Below are positions 7,498 to 15,160 of a stretch of 23,473 bases of DNA, piece after piece. The stretch is from Conexivisphaerales archaeon (GTDB taxonomy: Archaea > Thermoproteota > Nitrososphaeria > Conexivisphaerales > DTJL01), in assembly GCA_049509455.1 (NCBI GenBank), contig JBEKZX010000022.1, positions 1 through 23,473 of the forward strand, written 5' to 3'. The notes beneath the pieces are model-generated. The model saw only the letters and a program-made list of their open reading frames with translations. It was not told where the DNA came from and made no database searches. The translations under genes were made by a program, and so were the position numbers. Positions within the stretch are counted from its first letter, which is position 1, and each line of letters opens with the position of its first letter.

Positions 7498-8763
7498 TGG
7501 AGGAGCGGTCGAACCGTGGGGCCTGAGCTCTTCGATGGCCCACTCGGGTCCGACGAGCAAAAGGTGGACCTTCCCTCCTTCGGCTGCAGTCTCCTCGACC
7601 TTCACCATGTCACCAAAGAACTTCGCCTTCTTAGAGACTGATGAGGCCTTCTCCGGGGGAAGCACCAACTCCAGTTTCGCAGCTTCCTGGATGCCCTTCT
7701 TCATCAACCGTAGGAGCTCATCGGCGCCCTCGCCAGTCTTGGCCGAAACGAACACCACGGCCTGCACTGTGGGCTCGACCAGGTCGGCCTTCCGCTTCGC
7801 CTCCTCCATCCCTGCCTCGTCGACCTTGTTCAAGACGAGGATGACCTTGTGAGGGGAGACGTTCAGGTCGGCCAGGGTGTTCATGCAGGTGTCGTACTTC
7901 GTAAGGAACCTGTCTTCGGGGTCGCTGACGTCGACTAGCAGGAGGACGAGGTCGGCGTAGGTAAGCTCCTCGAGGGTTGACTTGAAGGCCTCTATCATAT
8001 AGTGAGGAAGCCGGCTGATGAATCCGACGGTGTCGGAGAGTAGGAGGGGGACTTCGCCTATCTCCAGACGCCTCGTGGTCGTCGAAAGGGTGCTGAACAT
8101 CTTGCCCAGGACGAGCTGGTTCTCGCCCACCAGCCTGTTGAACAAAGTGGTCTTGCCTGCAGAAGTGTATCCCGAGAGCGACGCTATGGAGAGGTGGTTC
8201 CTGGCCCGTTCGGACCTGAAAACCTCCCTGCGTTTCTTCAGGAGCGCCAGCTTCCGCCGCGTAGCGTCGAGGCGGCCCTTGATGTTCCGATAGTACTTCT
8301 CCACTTCATAACTGCCAAAGCCGAACATGCCGGGCTGCTCCCCCATCCTGACGAAACGCACGTAGTCGCGGACCCTCGGCAGCTCATAGGTGAGCTCGGC
8401 TACCTTGATCTGGAGGACGGCCTCCTGAGAAGTGGCCCTAGCCTTGAAGATCTCCAGGACCAGCTTCTCCCTGTCCACGACTTCGCAGGCGCAATGCTTG
8501 CTGAGATTGTAACTCTCCTGGGCGGAGAGCTTGTCGTCCACTATGACATGCGTGGCCTTGAAGTCGGCCACGGCCTTCTTCGCTTCGTCGGCCTTCCCTT
8601 CGCCAACGCCGAACTTCCCGTGCCTGAGCCCCCGCATTAGGATGAGATCGACCGGTTGATAGCCGCCGGCTACGCACAAGCCCTTCGCCTCCTCTATGCT
8701 GTCAGGGTACTTGTAGGAAATCAGAACCGCAGGCATTAGTTGCAAAATCGATGACCTTATCAT
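7480..8763 (-). CDS. hflX: Ribosome-splitting GTPase HflX
   Basis: G1 GYTSAGKTT, G2 FSTLSTT, G3 DTVGF, G4 NKVD, and the N-terminal HflX domain (DREKLVLEIF..RA). Start at 8763 (ATGA overlap with mbf1) or 8736. Confidence 0.95.
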   Translation of the reverse strand: MIRSSILQLMPAVLISYKYPDSIEEAKGLCVAGGYQPVDLILMRGLRHGKFGVGEGKADEAKKAVADFKATHVIVDDKLSAQESYNLSKHCACEVVDREKLVLEIFKARATSQEAVLQIKVAELTYELPRVRDYVRFVRMGEQPGMFGFGSYEVEKYYRNIKGRLDATRRKLALLKKRREVFRSERARNHLSIASLSGYTSAGKTTLFNRLVGENQLVLGKMFSTLSTTTRRLEIGEVPLLLSDTVGFISRLPHYMIEAFKSTLEELTYADLVLLLVDVSDPEDRFLTKYDTCMNTLADLNVSPHKVILVLNKVDEAGMEEAKRKADLVEPTVQAVVFVSAKTGEGADELLRLMKKGIQEAAKLELVLPPEKASSVSKKAKFFGDMVKVEETAAEGGKVHLLLVGPEWAIEELRPHGSTAPPSDAHD

Positions 8764-9176
8764 GAAGTTTCCGTTTCGAAGAGTCGAATCCTCATTAGAT
8801 GTTCGAGCTTCTTGGCCAGGGCGACGCTGGGCTTGAGTTTCCCGCTCTCCAGCTTCGCCATGACGGATGACTTCTCGTTTACCTTCATACCCAGCTGCTC
8901 CTGGGTCAGCCCGCTAGCCTCGCGTGCCTTGCGGAGGACGGCGGCGTAGTCTTCTCTTAGCACTAGCTCGTCATCAGGCACCGCTGCGTCAGGCCTCCTG
9001 TAGATGTGCATCGTCGCCTCGGAGGGCCCACGAGGGCCTGTGGAAACAGGCATGGCCTCCCTAACGGGCCTCCCCAGCCTGGCACACCTGCCGCAGACGA
9101 CCATGATGGCGCCGTCGGTTTCGATACGGTGGCTCTCACCCATGATATTGCCACCGCAGATTTCACATCTGGCCAT
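8760..9176 (-). CDS. mbf1: Archaeal multiprotein bridging factor aMBF1
   Basis: N-terminal CEICG...VCGRC zinc ribbon and C-terminal Cro/C1 HTH (AREASGLTQEQLG..VNEKSSVMAKLESG). Confidence 0.92.
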   Translation of the reverse strand: MARCEICGGNIMGESHRIETDGAIMVVCGRCARLGRPVREAMPVSTGPRGPSEATMHIYRRPDAAVPDDELVLREDYAAVLRKAREASGLTQEQLGMKVNEKSSVMAKLESGKLKPSVALAKKLEHLMRIRLFETETS

Positions 9177-9204
9177 GACTCGTCATCGGTCAGTGCCCCC
9201 TCTT

Positions 9205-9215
9205 CTTTAATAAAG
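9205..9215. promoter_or_regulatory. Palindromic TATA element shared by divergent mbf1 and PUA genes
   Basis: CTTTA-A-TAAAG, a perfect palindrome centred at 9210, 34 nt from the mbf1 start and 29 nt from the PUA start. Confidence 0.55.
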
Positions 9216-9238
9216 CTACTACTGTTAACTGGAGGCGC

Positions 9239-9751
9239 ATGAAGGCCGACAGGCTGCAGCTGGAGGCTTCCTTCGAATACTTCTACGGGAAGGGCGTGGC
9301 CAGGCACCTTCCGTGGACCCGGATGGCTTACTTGAGGTCTCGCAGGAGCCAGAGGATGAAGAAGGTCCTGCTCGACGACCGGCTGCTCGCGACGATAAGG
9401 GAGGATGGGAGCATAGCCTACACGTTGGAATGCGCAAGGTATCTGATGAAGAGCGCAGCTTTCAAGGACAGCTGCATATTCGTAAACGACGACGCCGCAC
9501 AATTCGTGGTCAATGGGAGGTCGCTGTTTTCCAAGCATGTGCTGAAGGTGGGAGCGAACGTCAAACCCGGCCTGGAGGTCTGTCTCCTAGACAAGGAAGG
9601 GAAGCTCTTGGCCGTCGGTAAGGCGATCCTCCCCAGGGGTTACATGGGGAGGATGAAGAGTGGAGCGGCCGTGCGAGTGCGCGAAGGGGTCGGCACCGAG
9701 GCCGGAGGAAAGGATTTAAGCGCCGAAACGGGAGAGGCTGCTCTGCCTTGA
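9239..9751 (+). CDS. PUA-domain RNA-binding protein (archaeosine TGT C-terminal-like)
   Basis: FEYFYG..., LLATIREDG, PUA core GRSLFSKHVLKVGANVKPGLEVCLLDKEGKLLAVGKA, AVRVREG. GGAGG SD. Confidence 0.85.
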   Translation: MKADRLQLEASFEYFYGKGVARHLPWTRMAYLRSRRSQRMKKVLLDDRLLATIREDGSIAYTLECARYLMKSAAFKDSCIFVNDDAAQFVVNGRSLFSKHVLKVGANVKPGLEVCLLDKEGKLLAVGKAILPRGYMGRMKSGAAVRVREGVGTEAGGKDLSAETGEAALP

Positions 9752-10080
9752 TGGACAACAGGCAGGCCCGGAGGATGATGGAACGCATGGGCCTGAACAT
9801 GAACGAGATTAAGGATGTGAAAGAGGTCGTCCACATTACGTCCGACAGGGCAATCCACCTGGAGAAGGCATCGGTCTTCGAGATCAAGGCCAAGGATACC
9901 CGCGTGTTTCAAGTCACCGCGGAGAGCGTCACCGAGAAGGCCATCGCCGCGCCCAAGTTCACCGAAGAGGATGTCTCCCTTGTGATGACGAGCGCCAACG
10001 TCAGCAGGGAGAAGGCCCTTTCCGCCCTGGAGGAGACCAGCGGCGACATCGCTCTCGCCATACTCCGCTTGAAGCCGTAG
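9751..10080 (+). CDS. nac: Nascent polypeptide-associated complex protein
   Basis: RQARRMMERMGL NAC domain and UBA domain EEDVSLVMTSANVSREKALSALEETSGDIALAIL. TGATG coupling to the PUA gene. Confidence 0.93.
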   Translation: MDNRQARRMMERMGLNMNEIKDVKEVVHITSDRAIHLEKASVFEIKAKDTRVFQVTAESVTEKAIAAPKFTEEDVSLVMTSANVSREKALSALEETSGDIALAILRLKP

Positions 10081-10105
10081 GCCCACTCCCTCGTCTTCCT
10101 CAGCT

Positions 10106-10122
10106 TGTCAAACTTTGTTGAC
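10106..10122 (+). promoter_or_regulatory. Candidate operator 1: TGTCAA-ACTTTG-TTGAC
   Basis: Perfect GTCAA-N6-TTGAC inverted repeat in the nac-nrdJ spacer. Confidence 0.5.
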
Positions 10123-10182
10123 TTCGTGCATTGAGGCGCTTTCCAGTGACAAAAGTGTTTCATTATTGAGGAAAAGGCCGTC

Positions 10183-10199
10183 TGTCAATATTGGTTAAC
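10183..10199 (+). promoter_or_regulatory. Candidate operator 2: TGTCAA-TATTGG-TTAAC
   Basis: One mismatch from GTCAA-N6-TTGAC. Shares 13/14 nt with the site at 14886-14899 on the minus strand. Confidence 0.55.
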
Positions 10200-10212
10200 C
10201 AAAAATGCTAAT

Positions 10213-10241
10213 AAAGCCCCACCCCAATTGGTGGCGGCTTT
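10213..10241. promoter_or_regulatory. Inverted repeat overlapping the nrdJ promoter
   Basis: AAAGCCCCACC-CCAATT-GGTGG(C)GGCTTT: an 11-bp stem with one bulge. The right arm runs into TTTTAA at 10239-10244. Confidence 0.45.
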
Positions 10242-10264
10242 TAAGAGGTCAGTGGTTACAGAAC

Positions 10265-12844
10265 ATGGCGGTGCTCTCGTCAAGGATCAAGTCGGTGCGC
10301 AAGCGCGACGGCAGGGTCGTCGCCTATGATAGCAACAAGGTGGCCGAAGCCATATGGAAGGCCATCAAGGCCACTGGCGGGAAAGACAGGTCTACCGCCG
10401 TCGAACTTTCGATCAAGGTCAACGCGATTCTAGAGGAGCGGTTCGGGACGAACGCCGAGCCCTCGGTCGAAGACGTTCAGGACGCAGTCGAGCGTGTGTT
10501 GATTGAAGGAGGGTACGCCAAGACCGCCAAGGCATACATCCTCTACCGGCAGAAGAGGGCCGAAATCCGTGAGGAGAAGATGAAGATCCTCGAGAAGACG
10601 GAGATCGACGAAGTTGACAAGAGCTTTGACAGCAACGCCCTCAAGGTCCTCAGGGCGAGGTATCTTCGGAAGGATGAGAACGGCCACGTCCTAGAGTCGC
10701 CCAAGGAGCTCTTCCTAAGGGTGGCACTTCACACCGCTCTTGCCAGCATCCTCTACGACCCCAAGGTCTTCGACGTCAAGGGCGGACAGCCCCCGAGGGA
10801 AGTCCTGGAGAACGCGGACCTGACGGCCTACAGAGACCTGGCGATAGGAAGGCACAAGCTCAACGAGTTTCACCTCGAGGCCCTCTATCGCGTCTACGGG
10901 CGGTTCGCTGCCTCGGGGAAGGCACGAGTCTCATGGCAGGAGTTGGTGGAGATGATCCGGAGGGGAGATTTCTCTTCGTATGAGAAGGAGGTGGATGACT
11001 ACGTGGCTCTTATGGTCAACAAGAAATTTATGCCGAACACACCAGCCCTGGCCAACTTCGGCAACGTTCTAGGAATGGGCTCGGCTTGCTTCGTCCTAGA
11101 CGTGGCCGACTCCATCGACGACATCATGGAGACGCTGAGGAGCGCGGCCATAATATTCAAGGCCGGCGGAGGGGTCGGTTACAACTTCTCCAAGCTGAGG
11201 CCTGAGGGTGATTTCGTAAAGAGCACTTCCGGCATCGCCTCCGGCCCCGTCAGCTTCATGCGGCTCTTCGACACGATGACCGAAGTGATCAAGCAGGGGG
11301 GAATCAGGCGCGGTGCCAACATGGGCATACTAAACGTCAACCACCCCGACATCGAGAACTTCATCAAGGCCAAGGAGGGGAACAAGGCTCTCAGGAACTT
11401 CAACATCTCTGTCCTCATACTTGATGACTTCTGGGAGTACTACAACCGGAACGAGCCGTATCCGCTGGTGAACCCCAGGACGCATGAGGTCATGCGCTTC
11501 GTCAGCCCCAGGCAGCTCCTGGACATGATCGCGTTCCAAGCCTGGGAGAGCGCCGAGCCCGGTGTGATCTTCTCCGACAAGGTCAACCAGTTTAACCCCT
11601 TCGTTAAGTCGCTGGGGCCCATCGTGACGACCAATCCCTGCGGAGAAGTGCTTCTATATCCGAACGAATCCTGCAACTTGGGCAGCATCAACGTGGCGGC
11701 GTTCGCCAAGGAGGACGACGATGGGAATTTCGTCATGGACTGGGAGGGCCTCAGGGCAACCATTGAGATGACGACGAGGTTCCTCGACAACGTCATCGAC
11801 ATCAACAAGTATCCGCTGCAGGCCATCGAAGACATGACGCTCAAGACCAGGAAGATTGGGCTCGGGGTGATGGGCACGGCCGACCTTTTCTTCGAGCTGG
11901 GCTTGGCCTACAACAGCGAAGAGGGGCTGAAGTTCATGGAGATGCTCATGGAGTTCGTCAACTACTATTCGAAGAAGGCCTCCATCAAGCTCGCTAGGGA
12001 GCGTGGAGTCCTTCCCTCTTTCGAAGAAAGTAGCTACAAGGAAGGTAAGCTGCCCTTTGGTGGCTTCGAAGACCAGGCCTCCTGGCACTTCGACTGGAAG
12101 GAGCTGGCCGAAGAGGTCAAACGCGATGGGTTGAGGAACGGCTACACCACCGTCATCGCCCCGACAGGGAGCATTTCCATGATAGCGGGTTGCAGCAGTG
12201 GTATAGAGCCAGTCTTCGCCTTGGTGTACGAGAAGAACGTCTCCATCGGGAGCTTCTACTATGTCGACGCGGCGTTCGAGAAGGCTATGAAGAAGGATGG
12301 CCTCTTCGACGACGACCTCATGAAGCAGATAGTCACCAGCCATGGCAGTCTAGGGGGCGTTTCCTACCTGCCCGAGAAGATGAAGCGCGTCTTCGTCACT
12401 GCCATGGACATCAACCCGGAGGACCATGTCAGGGCCATCGCGGCCTTCCAGAGGTGGGTCGACTCTAGCATCTCCAAGACGACTAACTTGCCCGTCGACG
12501 CCACCGTTGAGGACGTGAAGAGCATCTACATGCTGGCATACAAGCTGGGATGCAAGGACATCACGGTGTACAGGGACAAATCGATAACTAGCCAGGTTCT
12601 TCGCTCGCCGGCGACAGGGAAGGAGGAGAAGAGCCCGGCGCAGGCCATGCAGAGGACCGGGCCGGCCCCTCTGGCCGTGCAGGCTCCGGCTGTGTCGCCC
12701 CTCCAGACCTTCAACGCCCGCCTGAGCTTGGACGGCAAGAACGGCAGCTTGACTAACTGCCCTTCATGCAACACTAGGCTGGAGTTCAAGGAGGGCTGCG
12801 CTACGTGTCCTGGCTGCGGCTGGAGCCTGTGCGTCAGCGCCTAG
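10265..12844 (+). CDS. nrdJ: Class II (adenosylcobalamin-dependent) ribonucleotide reductase with N-terminal ATP cone
   Basis: ATP cone VRKRDG...KVAEAI. Motifs PNTPALAN, SACFV, RRGANM, TNPCGE, CNLGS, APTGSIS, and C-terminal CPSC...CPGC. No nrdB gene and no C-terminal tyrosine pair. Confidence 0.93.
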   Translation: MAVLSSRIKSVRKRDGRVVAYDSNKVAEAIWKAIKATGGKDRSTAVELSIKVNAILEERFGTNAEPSVEDVQDAVERVLIEGGYAKTAKAYILYRQKRAEIREEKMKILEKTEIDEVDKSFDSNALKVLRARYLRKDENGHVLESPKELFLRVALHTALASILYDPKVFDVKGGQPPREVLENADLTAYRDLAIGRHKLNEFHLEALYRVYGRFAASGKARVSWQELVEMIRRGDFSSYEKEVDDYVALMVNKKFMPNTPALANFGNVLGMGSACFVLDVADSIDDIMETLRSAAIIFKAGGGVGYNFSKLRPEGDFVKSTSGIASGPVSFMRLFDTMTEVIKQGGIRRGANMGILNVNHPDIENFIKAKEGNKALRNFNISVLILDDFWEYYNRNEPYPLVNPRTHEVMRFVSPRQLLDMIAFQAWESAEPGVIFSDKVNQFNPFVKSLGPIVTTNPCGEVLLYPNESCNLGSINVAAFAKEDDDGNFVMDWEGLRATIEMTTRFLDNVIDINKYPLQAIEDMTLKTRKIGLGVMGTADLFFELGLAYNSEEGLKFMEMLMEFVNYYSKKASIKLARERGVLPSFEESSYKEGKLPFGGFEDQASWHFDWKELAEEVKRDGLRNGYTTVIAPTGSISMIAGCSSGIEPVFALVYEKNVSIGSFYYVDAAFEKAMKKDGLFDDDLMKQIVTSHGSLGGVSYLPEKMKRVFVTAMDINPEDHVRAIAAFQRWVDSSISKTTNLPVDATVEDVKSIYMLAYKLGCKDITVYRDKSITSQVLRSPATGKEEKSPAQAMQRTGPAPLAVQAPAVSPLQTFNARLSLDGKNGSLTNCPSCNTRLEFKEGCATCPGCGWSLCVSA

Positions 12845-12846
12845 GT

Positions 12847-14883
12847 CTACTGCAGTGGTGTAGTAGCCCCGCCGCAGACCCCGCAGCGCTCCGTCCCTGC
12901 GACCTCCTTGTTCCCGCATTTCTTGCATGTGACCAGGAGGGGCTGGACCGAGAAGAAGGGGAGCTTCGCGTTCGCCTTCTCGAGGAGCTTAGCGGCGTCG
13001 TTCAGGTCTGAGACCGGAAGCGACAGCCTTGCTAGCACGCCTCCGCCGATTTTCTCGTCCAGCTCGCTCAGCCGCGCTCCAGTGGAATCCGCGTCCAGCT
13101 CCTTGGCATCGATGGAGAAAGCCTGGCTGTAGCGCGACGAGTTAAGGTTCTTCATCTTGGCCCTTCCGAACCTTTCGACGTCCAGCTGGGGGAAGCGGGA
13201 GGCGCTGTCGTCGGTCGTGAGCACCAGAGAGAACTTCTCTTCGCCTTCCTTCCCAGCTGTCTCCAGGTACTGGTTGGCTGCGGCGATCGTCTTCTCCTGC
13301 AGATCCATCAACTCCTTGGTAGACAAATCGGGGCTAACGAGCTTGAGCGAATCCTCCAACCCTGTCAGGTTCACCCTCAGCAGAGGTGACTCGAAGTAAA
13401 GCAGGTTGCTCAAGATGTCCAAGCCCGGAAGGAGACCGTTCTTCACGTTGCTCTGGATTAGATGCCGCCGGACCCGCAAGGCGTTCACGGCATTCTCGAG
13501 CTGCATCGTCACCCGGGCGCGGAAATAGACCTCGTCGTTGTGGGTGTCCAGGGCGACGCGTGGGAGGTTGATGGATATCGAGTCCAAGACGACGGGCCCT
13601 CCCTTCTTGAAGTCGTCGACGCAGAGGCCCTGGAAGGTCCGCCGCTTGCCGCTTCCCTTGGCGAAGGATATCATGCCGTTGTTCCGGGCAATCTCGGCCA
13701 ACGCCTTGTAGGCGGACTTCTCCAGTTTCTCGGAGTTCATGACGGCCAGGCCTATCGACGGTGATGGGGTCGCCTTGACGTAGTCCAAGTAACCCTTCAG
13801 AAGGGAGGCCAGCAGGCCGCCGGAAGCCTTGGTCGCGTCCACTTCCAACTCGACCTTTGGGCGCTCAGCTCCCTCGGGGAAGGCGTAGGCCATCATATAG
13901 AAGAGCGAGGAATAGCCCCTTGAGTCGAAATCGAGCTTCTGGGCCAGGTCAGTGAAGCCGGAGAGGAAGACCTCCCTCCCCGCCTCCCGAGTCAGCAGGT
14001 AGCTGAGGGAGAGGAGCTTCGTGAGCTTCTCCTCGTCAGTGTTTTCGAAGCCCTCCCTGGGCGTATGGGGGAACTTCGCGCCCAGACGTGATAGGGATAG
14101 CGATTGGTCGCTTATGTTGAGGAACAGGGCATCGGGGCGGAGACCCCAGTAGTTGACGTTGGCGATGTGTATGTCGCCCGAAAGGTGGGAGTCCACGACG
14201 TCCCTCGGAAGCTGAATCAGCATCAGGTACTCGGAGAGGACAGAGCCCGCCGTCTGGTTGAACACACCCTCCAGGCCGTAGGGGCCTTCGCCCAGCTTCT
14301 CGAGGTTCTCCGTGACGTCGTAGACGGGCATCCCGAGCCGGCTGAGGCGATGGCGGTACTCCTCCAATCCCTCCTCAATGAGGATCGAATTGACCAGCTC
14401 TCTGATCAGCGGCGCAGTGAGGTATGCCGTCTGGAACTTGTATATCCTAGATTCGGCTTCGCTGGAGACCCTCTGGGCCAACTCGACGGGCATCCCGGCT
14501 TCGGTCACCAGGGAGTGGACGATCTTGTCCGTGGTGAACTCCTCCATGCGGTGACGGGAGCTCCTGACGAAGAGCCTGCCGCTCTCCAAGAGGGCCTGCT
14601 CCTCAATCTGTTTGGCAGCGTTCAGGACCAGGCGGCCCAGCGTAGTGAGCATGTACTTGCGCTCGGCGCGGTTCTGAGCGATCAGGTTCTGCCTGAGGAG
14701 CTTCCTCAGATGGTAGGCAAACTTGCCCGATTCCTTCTTGGACTTGAACCCCGCCAATGTCTTCAGCTCTGAGTATGTCATCGGCCCCTTGGCGTTGAGG
14801 ATCTTCAGTATCTCAAGGCGGCTGGGAGATGCGATGACGGAGAATATCGTCTTGACGCGGCGAACCGAACCCTGAGTGCTCAT
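12847..14883 (-). CDS. wHTH + ATP-cone + class III RNR (NrdD)-like fusion lacking the glycyl-radical loop; putative transcription regulator
   Basis: aa ~10-95 ArsR-like wHTH (SPSRLEILKIL..KGPMTYSEL...SGKFAYHLRKL). aa ~103-182 ATP cone. NrdD landmarks LPRDVVDSHLSGDIHI, SINLPRVAL, SASRF..LDVERFG, GGG, PFFS, CKKC-x10-CGVC. Stop comes 8 aa after the last Cys, with no RxxGY. Confidence 0.85.
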   Translation of the reverse strand: MSTQGSVRRVKTIFSVIASPSRLEILKILNAKGPMTYSELKTLAGFKSKKESGKFAYHLRKLLRQNLIAQNRAERKYMLTTLGRLVLNAAKQIEEQALLESGRLFVRSSRHRMEEFTTDKIVHSLVTEAGMPVELAQRVSSEAESRIYKFQTAYLTAPLIRELVNSILIEEGLEEYRHRLSRLGMPVYDVTENLEKLGEGPYGLEGVFNQTAGSVLSEYLMLIQLPRDVVDSHLSGDIHIANVNYWGLRPDALFLNISDQSLSLSRLGAKFPHTPREGFENTDEEKLTKLLSLSYLLTREAGREVFLSGFTDLAQKLDFDSRGYSSLFYMMAYAFPEGAERPKVELEVDATKASGGLLASLLKGYLDYVKATPSPSIGLAVMNSEKLEKSAYKALAEIARNNGMISFAKGSGKRRTFQGLCVDDFKKGGPVVLDSISINLPRVALDTHNDEVYFRARVTMQLENAVNALRVRRHLIQSNVKNGLLPGLDILSNLLYFESPLLRVNLTGLEDSLKLVSPDLSTKELMDLQEKTIAAANQYLETAGKEGEEKFSLVLTTDDSASRFPQLDVERFGRAKMKNLNSSRYSQAFSIDAKELDADSTGARLSELDEKIGGGVLARLSLPVSDLNDAAKLLEKANAKLPFFSVQPLLVTCKKCGNKEVAGTERCGVCGGATTPLQ

Positions 14884-14899
14884 AGAACCACTATTGACA
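14883..14899 (-). promoter_or_regulatory. Candidate operator 3: TGTCAA-TAGTGG-TTCTA over the fusion gene's predicted TSS and start
   Basis: Minus strand reads TGTCAATAGTGGTTCTATG. A TATA-like TTTTTAGA lies at 14925-14918. Confidence 0.5.
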
Positions 14900-14956
14900 T
14901 CACTTGCTACATCTAGGTCTAAAAAGGTTTACCACGCGGTGGATGGACATGAAAGT

Positions 14957-15034
14957 TGGTGGGGCCGGGCGGATTTGAACCGCCGATCACCAGCGCCCGA
15001 GGCTGGTAGCGTAACCAAGCTAGCCCACGGCCCC
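14957..15034 (-). tRNA. tRNA-Pro(CGG), intronless, CCA encoded
   Basis: Hand-folded 78-nt cloverleaf: acceptor GGGGCCG/CGGCCCC, anticodon arm CCAGC-CTCGGGC-GCTGG, T arm GGCGG-TTCAAAT-CCGCC, 3' ACCA. Confidence 0.97.
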
Positions 15035-15160
15035 AAGAAAGGGAGGCAGCTGCTTCCCGTCTGTGGCAGTTTCAACCGGCACTTTTAAGCTTGTATGAAG
15101 CGGCCAGCTCGAGTCTCCTGACAACCTTTAAGGACGAAGGGTCCCGACCAGATTATTTGA

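Noticed and set aside
10081-10264. Cobalamin riboswitch upstream of nrdJ
   Set aside because: No recognisable B12-box or core motifs, and the space is short.
10265-12844. Intein in NrdJ
   Set aside because: The catalytic motifs are contiguous, with no HN-C/S/T splice junction or LAGLIDADG motif seen.
12847-14883. Calling this a functional anaerobic RNR (nrdD)
   Set aside because: No glycyl-radical motif, altered cysteine motifs, no nrdG in the window, and an N-terminal DNA-binding domain.
14957-15034. tRNA-Pro as an integration site
   Set aside because: I saw no duplicated tRNA 3' end and no integrase in the window.
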